A stretch of 64,000 bases of DNA, from IMG/VR virus record IMGVR_UViG_3300025137_005045; one strand, written 5' to 3'. This document shows positions 27,494-37,624 of this stretch, piece after piece (the first letter of the stretch is position 1; each line of letters opens with the position of its first letter). The DNA comes from a virus (taxonomy: Duplodnaviria > Caudoviricetes). The notes under the pieces were generated by a model. The model did not search any database and had not been told where the DNA came from. It saw only the letters and a list, made by a program, of their open reading frames with translations. The translations under genes were made by a program, and so were the position numbers.

Positions 27494-28016
27494 CGAAGGT
27501 CTTGAATATAAAAGTTTAGAAAATATGGTTAAGTCTACCCTGCATATAGATGAATTTTCAAGTAAGATGGGAGATGATGATGATATCGTGGTTGTTAGTT
27601 TTTATGTAACTGATAATCGTGCGGCCATTGATCTAGTCAGTTGGTTTGAAAAAGGGTATGACTTCATACTTGATGCAGATCGTAGCCCAGGCGAAATAGA
27701 GCCTAACAAATATTTGGTATACATTGAATTAAAGAGACGTACTAATGTATCTGATCATATAGAAACGTTGCTAGACGACCTTACAACGCTTACAGAGCAC
27801 GAAACTACTGATTGGTCTTGCCACTACGGTAAAGACGAATTTAGTTATTCACCAGAAGCAATCAAAAAGTATGTACCACTAAGTCCAAAAGTATATCGCT
27901 CAATGAAAGACGGTGAACTTAATAAAATGAGAGCTATTGCAGGTGTCAAAATACCTGAACTTAAAGAAGTTGCACAAGATGTTCGTGACTTTGTAAATTT
28001 ATCTACTAAGCGTTAA
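27477..28016 (+). CDS. Hypothetical late protein
   Basis: MKKQLNE; 179 aa. Confidence 0.7.
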   Translation: MKKQLNEGLEYKSLENMVKSTLHIDEFSSKMGDDDDIVVVSFYVTDNRAAIDLVSWFEKGYDFILDADRSPGEIEPNKYLVYIELKRRTNVSDHIETLLDDLTTLTEHETTDWSCHYGKDEFSYSPEAIKKYVPLSPKVYRSMKDGELNKMRAIAGVKIPELKEVAQDVRDFVNLSTKR

Positions 28017-28543
28017 TCTCTAACCCATTCAGCATACAATCTATTATTGCTACCGTTGGTATCCTCTCGTATCTCAATACACTCGTAGCCGTAATGATAA
28101 GCATAAAAATCTAATAGATCACGATTCCAAGGATAGAAATCTATTTGTTTACATAACGGATTACCATGATCTGCATGACCTGGATTAACACGCCAGTATA
28201 TTCGTGATTTAGGTTTTAAACATTCCACCACTTTTTCTATTTGATTAGAAATGGTATCACCATTTCCAAAGTTTATACTACCTAAACAAAATGCCACATC
28301 AAACAATCTATCCGGAACATAATCTTCAATTGTGGTTACAACATCTGCTTGACTACAGCCGGGATCTATACCTACTATGTTTTTGATCATGCCTTTGAAT
28401 TCGTTATGCCCGCACCCTACGTCAAGTACCCATTCATCATTGTTAATTTTATTCACTAGGCTAAACCCACTGTATAAGTATTTGTCAGTAGTAGGTTGCC
28501 ATACTTGGCTAAAATATTTGTTTAGGAATTCTTGATCGTGCAT
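28013..28543 (-). CDS. Class I SAM-dependent methyltransferase (probable start 28543)
   Basis: VLDVGCG...GID...FDVAFCLGS. Confidence 0.75.
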   Translation of the reverse strand: MHDQEFLNKYFSQVWQPTTDKYLYSGFSLVNKINNDEWVLDVGCGHNEFKGMIKNIVGIDPGCSQADVVTTIEDYVPDRLFDVAFCLGSINFGNGDTISNQIEKVVECLKPKSRIYWRVNPGHADHGNPLCKQIDFYPWNRDLLDFYAYHYGYECIEIREDTNGSNNRLYAEWVRD

Positions 28544-28768
28544 GATAAAACCGTAATAGTTAAATATTGTAGTGCTTGTATTATACTTATCGCTATGGTA
28601 TTCCACACCTTAGGAATTACTCCTTGGAATTCAATCCTACAGTTAATAGGTATTGCAGGATGGACTTATGTTGCACTTAAATGGAATGAGCGAGCCTTGT
28701 TACTAAACTTCTTGCCTCAAGTATTAATTATAGTCCCGGGACTAGTTTATCTATATGCTACCCAATAG
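28538..28768 (+). CDS. Small 3-TM membrane protein (start uncertain)
   Basis: GWTYVALKWNERALLLN; resembles 9724..9975. Confidence 0.55.
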   Translation: MHDKTVIVKYCSACIILIAMVFHTLGITPWNSILQLIGIAGWTYVALKWNERALLLNFLPQVLIIVPGLVYLYATQ

Positions 28769-29330
28769 AATTTGGTTTACAGGAGTTCCTGGCAGTCGAT
28801 GGAGTGGTATAGCACAGACACTTGAGCAGTTGCCTGGTATGAATACCACAGACCGTACACCCGAACGTGAATATAATCATCATGAATACAGTGGTCACAA
28901 AGGTGCTTACTTTGGCCAAGGCATGGAGTTTTCAGCTTTAGTAATTGACAGTCACGTAGATCAAGCATTTACCTCGCAAGAAGGATGTAAGTTAATTAAA
29001 AGTCATGAGTGGGCAGATCATTTAGAAGGTATACAAACATTGTGTCCTAATGATTGGATTATGCTAGTATACCGTCCAGATCAAACAAGTTTTGCATGGT
29101 GGCACGAAGCAGGCGGCTTTCAGATAGGATATCCCAACTATTCAGAATACAAAAATTCAGCTAACATGCTAGCAGAAATAGTCCGTACTAATCAATTGAT
29201 ACTAGAATATGCTTGCATAAATATGTGCAGATGGGAGTACTTTACTTCCTCCTGGATAGCTGAAAATTTTGGTTATCAGATCGATGTTGATCATGTCTGG
29301 CCAGACATAATGGTCACATTGATAAAATAA
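28755..29330 (+). CDS. Hypothetical protein with P-loop-like start
   Basis: FTGVPGSRWSG. Confidence 0.7.
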   Translation: MLPNRIWFTGVPGSRWSGIAQTLEQLPGMNTTDRTPEREYNHHEYSGHKGAYFGQGMEFSALVIDSHVDQAFTSQEGCKLIKSHEWADHLEGIQTLCPNDWIMLVYRPDQTSFAWWHEAGGFQIGYPNYSEYKNSANMLAEIVRTNQLILEYACINMCRWEYFTSSWIAENFGYQIDVDHVWPDIMVTLIK

Positions 29331-29352
29331 CGTTATTAAAAGGAATAATAAT

Positions 29353-30048
29353 ATGAACGCGAAACAATTCGTAAAACAAATGAAGGAAGACAACCAAGCG
29401 TTGTTTACTGCTTCAGAAATGCAAGTTGAAGCTTACTTTAATAGCAATCCTAGCCAAGAAAAACTAGTTGATCATTTCATCGGCCGTATGGTTAATGAAA
29501 GAATGAACATGGTTGAAATCTCAGCTAAAGTTGCTAGTATGCCTGCATCTACTCCAATAGAAGAGCTTGCACTATTAACAAAACAAGCACAGGATGAAGC
29601 TAAACATTTTGGTATGGTTAGAAATGTAATTGAACATATCACAGGTGAAACATTAGATGTTGAAGCGGCCATTAAGGCTGAAGAAGCAAATCCAACAGCA
29701 AAAGGTGCGGCTCTATTAGACAAGTACGAAGCGGCTACTGATCCTCTTGCAATGGCGGCATATCAAATGATTGCTGAAGGTCGTGCAGAAGCAGTTTGGA
29801 TGAAGATGTCTGAATGTATTGAGGACAAATATGTGGCAGATACATACGCTAAAATTGGTAAGGATGAAGGCTTTCACGCTAACATTGGTGCACGCTCACT
29901 AGTAGAACTAGCTACAGATACAGAAACACAAGCTAAAGTTCTTAAAATTGCAAATCAAATGAGAATGGACTTATTTGAAGTATCTTGCATGAACACAAAA
30001 GCACTTCCAGAAGCACAAGCATTAATTAATGAAGCATACGCTGTTTAA
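29353..30048 (+). CDS. Ferritin-like di-iron carboxylate protein (aldehyde decarbonylase-like)
   Basis: NE..., DEAKH, AEG..., DEGFH; strong SD. Confidence 0.7.
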   Translation: MNAKQFVKQMKEDNQALFTASEMQVEAYFNSNPSQEKLVDHFIGRMVNERMNMVEISAKVASMPASTPIEELALLTKQAQDEAKHFGMVRNVIEHITGETLDVEAAIKAEEANPTAKGAALLDKYEAATDPLAMAAYQMIAEGRAEAVWMKMSECIEDKYVADTYAKIGKDEGFHANIGARSLVELATDTETQAKVLKIANQMRMDLFEVSCMNTKALPEAQALINEAYAV

Positions 30049-30072
30049 TTAATTCTTATAGGTAACACTAAG

Positions 30073-30107
30073 AAGGCTAATTACTATTAACGTAATTGGC
30101 CTTTTTT
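30073..30107 (+). terminator. Intrinsic terminator inside operon
   Basis: AAGGCTAATTAC-loop-GTAATTGGCCTT-TTTT directly before ATG 30108. Confidence 0.7.
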
Positions 30108-30644
30108 ATGAATATAGCAATCACACAAAGAGAATTAGATATCAGAGGATGGACATACGACTGTATCCAACAAGACTGGTACGATTTCCTTGCACATCAC
30201 ACGTTATGGGCTGTACCTAACAAATCTAATTTTACACTAGCTGAAGCAGACTGTTTAATCCTTGGTGGAGGTAATAGTTCAGATCGTAGAGATCGTACTG
30301 AATCTATAGCTGTACAATTATTTGCTGACAAACCAATCATCGGAGTGTGTCACGGAGCATTTTTTCTAAATACATTTTATGGTGGTGTTAACACAAGTAT
30401 AGAAGGACACCAAGGAACAGATCATTCAATAAAAATGGAATTTAAAACTCATCAGGTCAATAGTCATCATTCAGTCGGTATAGAAACTCTAGCTGATTGT
30501 TTGGAGCCAATAGCATTTGACGATAATGGTAACGTTGAAGCATTTAAACATAAAGAACTGCCCCAATGGGGTATAGTATGGCATCCTGAACGCATGGAAA
30601 CACCCGTGTTACCTCAAGCAGTTGGAGAATTATTAGATGCGTAA
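30108..30644 (+). CDS. Class I glutamine amidotransferase (peptidase C26-like)
   Basis: LILGGG; GVCHG (Cys); VNS.H; WHPE. Confidence 0.85.
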   Translation: MNIAITQRELDIRGWTYDCIQQDWYDFLAHHTLWAVPNKSNFTLAEADCLILGGGNSSDRRDRTESIAVQLFADKPIIGVCHGAFFLNTFYGGVNTSIEGHQGTDHSIKMEFKTHQVNSHHSVGIETLADCLEPIAFDDNGNVEAFKHKELPQWGIVWHPERMETPVLPQAVGELLDA

Positions 30645-31632
30645 GCCAATTTTAATAATCTACGCACCTGGTGCATACGGAACGTTTATAGAATGGTTAT
30701 TAACTTACCTAACAGATCAAACCTTAGATGATCAACTGCCCTTTGGAAAATCCGGAAATGCTCATAATTTTTTAGGTAATCAAATAGTTACTAATGCACA
30801 TGATTATTATCGCACAAAAGATTCTCATGGACAGGAAAGTCTTAAGAAAATAGATGAAACTTTTTCTCATAATAAATTTTATAGAATACATCCTCCCTCC
30901 ATTGAAGGGGAAAAATCTTTATTTTCCTGTACTATTTCAATAATTGCACCGACGACTTCGGCTCTTTGGATATTCAGAAATGAAATTGAAAAATTTGATA
31001 CAGTTGAAATGCTTGAGATTGCAAAAACAAATATCCCAATGGTATTAAACAAAATTGGTATTGAATTTCATGACATTGAACGTTTAAGATCATATAGTGA
31101 TCAAATTGATAAAGTATGGATTGACATTGTTACAAGATATTTAGAACAACAACATTTTAAAGCATATAACGTAAACAGGGTTGAAGACTTGGAAAGATGG
31201 CAAGTAAGAGAAATATTTAGTTACCAGAATATAAGTGATATCCCAGGTAGGTTACCTGATTCTAAACACCTCCCCCACCTCAACCACATCATAAGTGTTG
31301 AAGATCTAAGAGATCAAATGCCAACAGTTATCAATGACCTAATAGAAAAATTAGAACTTAAAGTTATTCCGTACCGTCATGAAAAATTAGATTGGATTTG
31401 GCAAGAGTGGAAATCTAGACAGGAATATGCAAATATAGATGCCATGATTGATGAATATATCAAGAATGTGATTAACGGAATTGATCAAACTATGCCATTT
31501 TCTTTTAATATATGTGAAGAAATTTTGATACAACAAAAATTACGTGAAGCCGGTTATGAAATTAAATGTAACGGATTAGATAGTCTTCCGTTACGGACCA
31601 TTGACTTAAAAGAGTTATTACACAATGCGTAA
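30637..31632 (+). CDS. Hypothetical protein with P-loop/sulfotransferase-like start
   Basis: IIYAPGAYGTFIEWLL. Confidence 0.65.
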   Translation: MRKPILIIYAPGAYGTFIEWLLTYLTDQTLDDQLPFGKSGNAHNFLGNQIVTNAHDYYRTKDSHGQESLKKIDETFSHNKFYRIHPPSIEGEKSLFSCTISIIAPTTSALWIFRNEIEKFDTVEMLEIAKTNIPMVLNKIGIEFHDIERLRSYSDQIDKVWIDIVTRYLEQQHFKAYNVNRVEDLERWQVREIFSYQNISDIPGRLPDSKHLPHLNHIISVEDLRDQMPTVINDLIEKLELKVIPYRHEKLDWIWQEWKSRQEYANIDAMIDEYIKNVINGIDQTMPFSFNICEEILIQQKLREAGYEIKCNGLDSLPLRTIDLKELLHNA

Positions 31633-32260
31633 ACAAATGTTAATTTTAACAGGACCACAAGGAGCAGGTAATCACTTATGGTCAAAAGTTTTTAGTCAAC
31701 ACAAAGATGTATTTGGTTGGAAAACTCTATTAGAAAACTATTGGGAACCACATAGATTATCAGAGCCCTTTGCCAGGTATTGGCGAGATCCTAGTATACT
31801 GTCAAAATTTGATTGGAGCCAGAGCGATAATTATCTTACATCAATATCAGTTCCATTGGGAATACCAGGCAGTAAAGAAAATCCTGTATGGGAACCTAAT
31901 TTAGATTTATTTAAACGCTGTGTTGAAAAACAAGGTGTTGATGTCCAACTTGCTGTTATAGGTAGAGATCAAAATATATTAAACAAGCAACAGCATCGAA
32001 TAAGAACACAATCAACTCTGCCAATGTTCTTAAAACAATTACAAAGCATACACACAGGAAATCCTATATTTTTAAGTTATGAATTATTATACTTGTACAA
32101 AGATGATTATGTAAAGAGTTTAGATGTAAACATTCCTGTGGACTCGAATGTCAAACACCTGTTAGAAGATGATGCTAATCGTAAGTATGTACACGGTGTT
32201 GATAATAATGAACTTGACATGGGCAATCGTAAGAGTGTAATATTTAAAACAAAGCCATGA
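31625..32260 (+). CDS. Sulfotransferase-like P-loop protein (paralog 1)
   Basis: ILTGPQGAGNHLWSKVF; IGRD; LSYELL. Confidence 0.55.
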   Translation: MRKQMLILTGPQGAGNHLWSKVFSQHKDVFGWKTLLENYWEPHRLSEPFARYWRDPSILSKFDWSQSDNYLTSISVPLGIPGSKENPVWEPNLDLFKRCVEKQGVDVQLAVIGRDQNILNKQQHRIRTQSTLPMFLKQLQSIHTGNPIFLSYELLYLYKDDYVKSLDVNIPVDSNVKHLLEDDANRKYVHGVDNNELDMGNRKSVIFKTKP

Positions 32261-32889
32261 AGAAACTATTAATCATAACAGGCCCGCAAGGTAGTGGTAA
32301 TCATTTGTTTAGTAGAATACTAAGCCTGCATCCTGATGTAGGTGGATGGAAGGATCTATCAGATGAGTATTGGGTTCCTAGCGATCAGGAACCATTTGCT
32401 GACTATTGGGTGGATCCGGATAAATTAACTTTAGATACATTTGAAGGTAACGACTACTGGGTAGCTAATGTATCAGTGCCATTTGTATATGATGGTGTTA
32501 AGCAGGTACCTAAGATTGATGCTATGGCGTCTAAGGCACGTTCTTTGGGAATAGATGTACAAATATGTGTTATAGTCAGAGACATGTATATAAACGATTT
32601 ACAACAACAAAGAGTACGAGGAGAACGAACATTACCTATAGCAGTTGACTACTTTGATACATTAGGTGATGTACACTATTTAGATCATGAAGCATTCTTC
32701 CTATACAAAGACCGTTACTTAAAATGGTTAAGTAAGATATTAGACTTTCCAATAGACTATGATAATTTAGATATTATGAAGTTCATTGAAGAAGGTCCTA
32801 ACAAGAAATATGTTAACTATGTCGACGAGTATTGGTTAGACGAACAAGTATGGAAAGGTATACAGCCCAAAAAGGCTAGAGGACTATGA
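32257..32889 (+). CDS. Sulfotransferase-like P-loop protein (paralog 2)
   Basis: IITGPQGSGNHLFSRIL; IVRD; LDHE. Confidence 0.55.
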   Translation: MKKLLIITGPQGSGNHLFSRILSLHPDVGGWKDLSDEYWVPSDQEPFADYWVDPDKLTLDTFEGNDYWVANVSVPFVYDGVKQVPKIDAMASKARSLGIDVQICVIVRDMYINDLQQQRVRGERTLPIAVDYFDTLGDVHYLDHEAFFLYKDRYLKWLSKILDFPIDYDNLDIMKFIEEGPNKKYVNYVDEYWLDEQVWKGIQPKKARGL

Positions 32890-33314
32890 AAGGAAAGAAA
32901 ATACTAATCATGGGCCTTCCTGGCTCCGGCAAAACTACTCTGGCAGAACAATTAGTAGATCGCTTACCAGCAGTATGGTTTAATGCTGATGAGATTCGTA
33001 ACAACATCAATAAAGATTTAGGATTTACTGACAAGGACCGTGTAGAGCAAGCAAGACGACTTGGCCTTCTATGTGATATTGCTTTGCGTAATCATGTTGT
33101 TAATTACGCTCTGGCAGACTTCATATGTCCTACCGATGTTACTCGTAAAACATTTAATCCAGATATTATCGTATGGATGAATACCATACAGAAAGGACGA
33201 TTCGAAGATACCAATCAAATTTTTGAAAATCCTGACTTCTATAATATAGAAATTACAAGTTGGGACTACGATATTGATTACATATTTGAACAGATAAAAT
33301 TACATGATAGATAA
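32886..33314 (+). CDS. cysC: Adenylylsulfate (APS) kinase-like protein
   Basis: MGLPGSGKTTLA; NADEIR...DLGFTDKDR.EQARR; FICP. Confidence 0.75.
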   Translation: MKGKKILIMGLPGSGKTTLAEQLVDRLPAVWFNADEIRNNINKDLGFTDKDRVEQARRLGLLCDIALRNHVVNYALADFICPTDVTRKTFNPDIIVWMNTIQKGRFEDTNQIFENPDFYNIEITSWDYDIDYIFEQIKLHDR

Positions 33315-34017
33315 AATAAAATCATACGGATGCAGTTTTGTCTTCGGTTCCGATCTTTCTGATTGTTTACATTCAACCGTTCCAGGATCTTTAAAAGCTA
33401 GTAACAAAACATGGCCTGCATTGATTGCACAAGAATTAGAATTAGAATATGAGTGTTATGCTAAGCCTGGAGTAGGTAATAACTATATTGCTCAGCAGGT
33501 TATTAGCAACGCGGATCCAGACAGTATAAATGTCATAGTATGGTCCTGGATTGATCGTTGGGAGTTTTTTGATATTACAGATAATTGCTGGACCACTGTA
33601 AGGCCTGCTGGTACAGAAGATCATCCCTTAGCAGAAATATATTACAAATATTTACAAAGTGAGCTACAGGACAAATGGCAAAGCCTAAACTACATTTATT
33701 CAACACACGAATACTTACGTAAACACAATATTCCTTTTATCAGTCATATCATGGACGAACTATTGCTAGACGTAACTTATAATTGTCCGCCATACATAGC
33801 AACACTGCAAGATGATACAAGAGACACCATTGAATCCTTTTCAGCGGCTACCCCAATGGGCCTAATTGTTCAGCCATCATTCTTAGATTGGAGCCAGCTA
33901 AACAACTATCCTATTAGCAAAGGCATGCACCCTCTAGAAGAAGCACATGAAGCCGCGGCCAGATATTGGATATCTCTATATAAAAAAGAGATAAGTAAGC
34001 ATATAATAGATAAGTAA
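33304..34017 (+). CDS. SGNH-hydrolase-like protein
   Basis: GCSF; PGVGN; HP at C-terminus. Confidence 0.6.
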   Translation: MIDKIKSYGCSFVFGSDLSDCLHSTVPGSLKASNKTWPALIAQELELEYECYAKPGVGNNYIAQQVISNADPDSINVIVWSWIDRWEFFDITDNCWTTVRPAGTEDHPLAEIYYKYLQSELQDKWQSLNYIYSTHEYLRKHNIPFISHIMDELLLDVTYNCPPYIATLQDDTRDTIESFSAATPMGLIVQPSFLDWSQLNNYPISKGMHPLEEAHEAAARYWISLYKKEISKHIIDK

Positions 34018-34052
34018 AAGCAAGTACACAATTTAATAAACGGAACATTACA

Positions 34053-34565
34053 ATGAAATCAAATTACGATAAATGTTTGAAAACAATATTACACCATGAA
34101 GGTGGTTATGTAAATCATCCAAAAGACCCAGGCGGTGAAACTAACTTAGGTGTTACTAAGAGAGTTTACGAAGAACATGGTGGTACAAAAGATATGAAAA
34201 ATTTGTTAGTTGAAGATGTAGCACCAATTTACAAAAAAGGTTATTGGGATAGAATGAAAGGTGATCAACTACCTGGTGGGTTAGATCTTTGCGTTTTTGA
34301 CTTTGGTGTAAATGCAGGTCCAGGTCGTAGTGCAAAATACCTACAAACAATGATTGGCACAGTTGCAGACGGTGGTATTGGACCAAATACATTAAAAAAA
34401 TTAGATGAGTATGTTGAAAAACATGGTATTAAAAAATGTATTGAAGACTTTCAAGGTGCAAGACAAGATTACTATGAAAAATTATCTACATTTGCAACTT
34501 TTGGTAAAGGGTGGACCAGACGAGTTGATGAAACGACAGAGTTAGCTTTGTCTATGGTTATATAA
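34053..34565 (+). CDS. Endolysin, glycosyl hydrolase family 108
   Basis: HEGGYVNHPKDPGGETNLGVT; FDFGVNAG; FGKGWTRR. Confidence 0.9.
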   Translation: MKSNYDKCLKTILHHEGGYVNHPKDPGGETNLGVTKRVYEEHGGTKDMKNLLVEDVAPIYKKGYWDRMKGDQLPGGLDLCVFDFGVNAGPGRSAKYLQTMIGTVADGGIGPNTLKKLDEYVEKHGIKKCIEDFQGARQDYYEKLSTFATFGKGWTRRVDETTELALSMVI

Positions 34566-34584
34566 TAAGGGGAAATAACTTAAT

Positions 34585-35028
34585 ATGTGGTTACTACAAT
34601 TAATACCTAGTAGTTGGTTGTCCTTTGCGGCCGTGGCCATACTAGTGGCAGGTATTGTATTATTCTTTGCAGGAAAGATATTTAAACACATTCCTTTCTT
34701 TAGACAATACAATTTACCAATGCGTGTAGTTGGATTTATATTCTTATTATTAGGTGCATATTTCAACGGTGGACTAGGTGTTGAAATGGAATATCGTGAA
34801 CGTATTGCAGAAATGGAAAAACGTATTGCTGTTGCTGAAGAAAAATCTCAGCAAGAGAATGTTAAAATAGTTGAAAAGATTATAACTGAAACTAAAATTA
34901 TTAAAGAAGATACAGCTGATTCATTATATCTAATAGAAAAAATGCGAGATCAAATTAATCAAGGTTGTGAGTTGACAGACGAGGCAATTGATCTGTATAA
35001 TGAAAGTATAACCGGGAGAAGTGAATAA
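34585..35028 (+). CDS. Inner-membrane spanin (Rz-like)
   Basis: TM segments then coiled coil, single C-terminal Cys; follows endolysin. Confidence 0.65.
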   Translation: MWLLQLIPSSWLSFAAVAILVAGIVLFFAGKIFKHIPFFRQYNLPMRVVGFIFLLLGAYFNGGLGVEMEYRERIAEMEKRIAVAEEKSQQENVKIVEKIITETKIIKEDTADSLYLIEKMRDQINQGCELTDEAIDLYNESITGRSE

Positions 35029-35303
35029 TGAAATTACTAGCACTAGTACCCATACTATTTCTGATAGGATGTGCATCAACCACGGTTCCTGTAACTATGA
35101 ACTTTCCACAAGCACCAGAGCCCTTAATGACAAAGCCTGAATCTTTAGAAACACTGCCAGAAGACAAAAAAGAACTAAGTGACCTGTTAGAAAATTCAAC
35201 AATAAACTATGGCAAGTATAGAGAATTACAAATAAAGTTTCAACAATGGCAACGTTGGTATGATACTAATAGAAAATTACACAAAGAAACAACTAAAAAT
35301 TAA
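35028..35303 (+). CDS. Outer-membrane spanin lipoprotein (Rz1-like)
   Basis: Lipobox LIGC; Pro-rich segment. Confidence 0.7.
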   Translation: MKLLALVPILFLIGCASTTVPVTMNFPQAPEPLMTKPESLETLPEDKKELSDLLENSTINYGKYRELQIKFQQWQRWYDTNRKLHKETTKN

Positions 35304-36068
35304 ATGAATGTAAACACACGCATAGAAAGAATAACTGATTGGATCAATGATTATGTTGAGGACAACAATGTTAATTCGCTGGTAGTTGGAGTATCAGGAG
35401 GCATTGATAGTGCTGTAGTCAGTACCTTATGTGCAAGAACAGGTCGACCTACAACGGTCCTTTCAATGCCAATTAGACAAAAACAAGAGCAACATGATCT
35501 AGGTGTTAATCACTGTTTAAGTTTGTTAGATCAATTCCAAAATGTGCATTGGGACACTGTTGATCTGACAGAAACATTTGATAAGTTTGCATGTTTATTT
35601 GCTGAGCATAATGATTTAGCTTTAGCAAATAGTCGTGCAAGATTACGCATGACTACACTATATCAGATAGCACAAACACAAGGTGGCATAGTGGTTGGTA
35701 CAGGTAATAAAGTAGAAGATTTTGGCGTAGGTTTTTATACCAAATATGGAGATGGTGGAGTAGATATAAGCCCTATAGCTGACTGCTTAAAAACAGAAGT
35801 ATGGGAAATGGGACGAGAACTAGGTGTTAGTGATGAAATAATTAATGCCGCACCAACAGATGGATTATGGGATGATGGTCGTAACGATGAAGATCAATTA
35901 GGTATGACATATCCAGAATTAGAACAAGCAATGTTACATCATAAACAAGATACTATACCTATGACTGCAAGAGAAAAGAAAAATTTATTAAAGTTTTTAA
36001 GCATACAACAACAAGCAAAGCATAAAATGGAACCAATTCCTGTATGTAAATTAGGAGAACAAGAATGA
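35304..36068 (+). CDS. nadE: NH3-dependent NAD+ synthetase
   Basis: GVSGGIDSAV; N..AR.RM..LY; GTGNKVE; TKYGDG; PT..LW; DEDQLG. Confidence 0.92.
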   Translation: MNVNTRIERITDWINDYVEDNNVNSLVVGVSGGIDSAVVSTLCARTGRPTTVLSMPIRQKQEQHDLGVNHCLSLLDQFQNVHWDTVDLTETFDKFACLFAEHNDLALANSRARLRMTTLYQIAQTQGGIVVGTGNKVEDFGVGFYTKYGDGGVDISPIADCLKTEVWEMGRELGVSDEIINAAPTDGLWDDGRNDEDQLGMTYPELEQAMLHHKQDTIPMTAREKKNLLKFLSIQQQAKHKMEPIPVCKLGEQE

Positions 36069-36490
36069 AACATTTATTAATATTATTAGTTGCAGTAATG
36101 TCCTTATCAGGCTGTTCAACAATATCCGATGCCTGGGACTATTATGACATGGCACGTTATGATAACAACGAGTACATGCTAGCAAACAAAGTAAGAACGC
36201 AGGCTAACTTAGGTGCTCGTAAATGTGGTACTCCAGCAGTTAATCAGGAAGTAAGTAGATTATGGGAAACTACCTTAGAACTTAAAAACTATGCACAGTC
36301 AATGGAAAAGAATGATGAAACAGTTATTATGACAACAGAGTTATTAGAAATTGTTAGAGGACTTGATAAGCGTTATAACATCGACCTTAAAGATGTTAGC
36401 ATGACTTACTGTACTAGAAAGTTTGGCAACATTGAAAAGAATGCAACAATTATTACTAATGTTATAGGTAGAAAACCTCGAGAGTGGTAA
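36065..36490 (+). CDS. Lipoprotein
   Basis: Signal peptide with LSGC lipobox. Confidence 0.7.
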   Translation: MKHLLILLVAVMSLSGCSTISDAWDYYDMARYDNNEYMLANKVRTQANLGARKCGTPAVNQEVSRLWETTLELKNYAQSMEKNDETVIMTTELLEIVRGLDKRYNIDLKDVSMTYCTRKFGNIEKNATIITNVIGRKPREW

Positions 36491-36505
36491 ACAAGGAGAA
36501 TAGTT

Positions 36506-36763
36506 ATGGTAGATAATGCAATAAAAGAATTAGAAGAATGGGTAGGTAATAATCACACAGAACTAGCAGATTGGGCCGCTGATGCCAAGTCACTTACAGA
36601 AGATTTTAAAGCAGGCCATCTGAGTGAAGACGAATATAAAGAACTTATGGAAGATCTAAAACGCAGTAAAAAGATATCCGATGCCGCTGACGCACTAGCA
36701 GTTCGTTCAAGAGCTGTTGAACTAATAGACAACATCATCACATCAGCTGGCGTAATTCTTTAA
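36506..36763 (+). CDS. Hypothetical protein
   Basis: AAGGAG SD. Confidence 0.7.
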   Translation: MVDNAIKELEEWVGNNHTELADWAADAKSLTEDFKAGHLSEDEYKELMEDLKRSKKISDAADALAVRSRAVELIDNIITSAGVIL

Positions 36764-36787
36764 GCTACCAATATAAAGGTAATTAGG

Positions 36788-36816
36788 TTGACTAGTTACC
36801 TTTTTCCTTATATAAT
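36788..36816 (+). promoter_or_regulatory. sigma70-type promoter; leaderless dnaJ mRNA likely
   Basis: TTGACT-17nt-TATAAT, 6 nt before ATG, no SD. Confidence 0.75.
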
Positions 36817-36822
36817 TAATCT

Positions 36823-37593
36823 ATGAATCCTCATGAAGTCTTAGGCATCAAACAAGGTGCCACTGAACAAGAAGCTAAAAAGGCCTATAAAAAATTAGCC
36901 AGTAAGCATCACCCTGACAAAGGTGGTGACACTAAGCAGTTTCAAGAAATTAAAGAAGCGTACGAACGTATCACTAATCCAGAAAAGTTTGCACATGAAA
37001 ATATGGGACATACTCCTGGAGGCTTTAGATATCAGCGTGGCGGATCTGTCGACGATATATTCTCAGATTTCTTTGGACATCACGCAGGTAGACAACAAAG
37101 ACAATCAACTGTGCAACTTAGCTTGTGGATAACTTTAGAAGATGTCAATACTGGTGGAGAAAGAACTGTAAAACTTCAAGGTAATGAAGGACCTCAAATA
37201 GTTAATATTACCATACCTAGAGGTGTATTGGACAATACCCATGTTCGATATCCTGATTTGGGTCCTAGTGGTCAAGATCTGGTAGTAGTATTTCGTGTAC
37301 GGGACCATCAGAAGTTTGTTAGAATTAAATCAATTGATCTTGCTTGTGAACAACAGGTTGATATATGGACGTTGTTATTAGGTGGCAACATCAAAGTTAC
37401 TACATTATCAGGTGATATCAAGACTTTAAAAATACAACCCAAGACTGATTTTAATACTCAATTAAGATTAAAAGGTTATGGTATTCAAAATACTAGGCAA
37501 ACCGGTGATCTTTATGTTAAAATTAAAGCTACAATGCCAGATAACATCTCAGATGATTTACTGGAAATATTAAGACAACATTTAAACAAATAA
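36823..37593 (+). CDS. DnaJ/CbpA-type J-domain co-chaperone
   Basis: J domain with HPD; G/F linker; C-terminal domain; no Zn finger. Confidence 0.9.
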   Translation: MNPHEVLGIKQGATEQEAKKAYKKLASKHHPDKGGDTKQFQEIKEAYERITNPEKFAHENMGHTPGGFRYQRGGSVDDIFSDFFGHHAGRQQRQSTVQLSLWITLEDVNTGGERTVKLQGNEGPQIVNITIPRGVLDNTHVRYPDLGPSGQDLVVVFRVRDHQKFVRIKSIDLACEQQVDIWTLLLGGNIKVTTLSGDIKTLKIQPKTDFNTQLRLKGYGIQNTRQTGDLYVKIKATMPDNISDDLLEILRQHLNK

Positions 37594-37624
37594 GTACTAA
37601 TAACAATAACGAATTAGGTGAACA

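Noticed and set aside
29353-30048. Alkane biosynthesis by a cyanobacterial aldehyde-deformylating oxygenase
   Set aside because: Only the generic di-iron EXXH pattern is visible and no acyl-ACP reductase is present, so the specific activity cannot be supported
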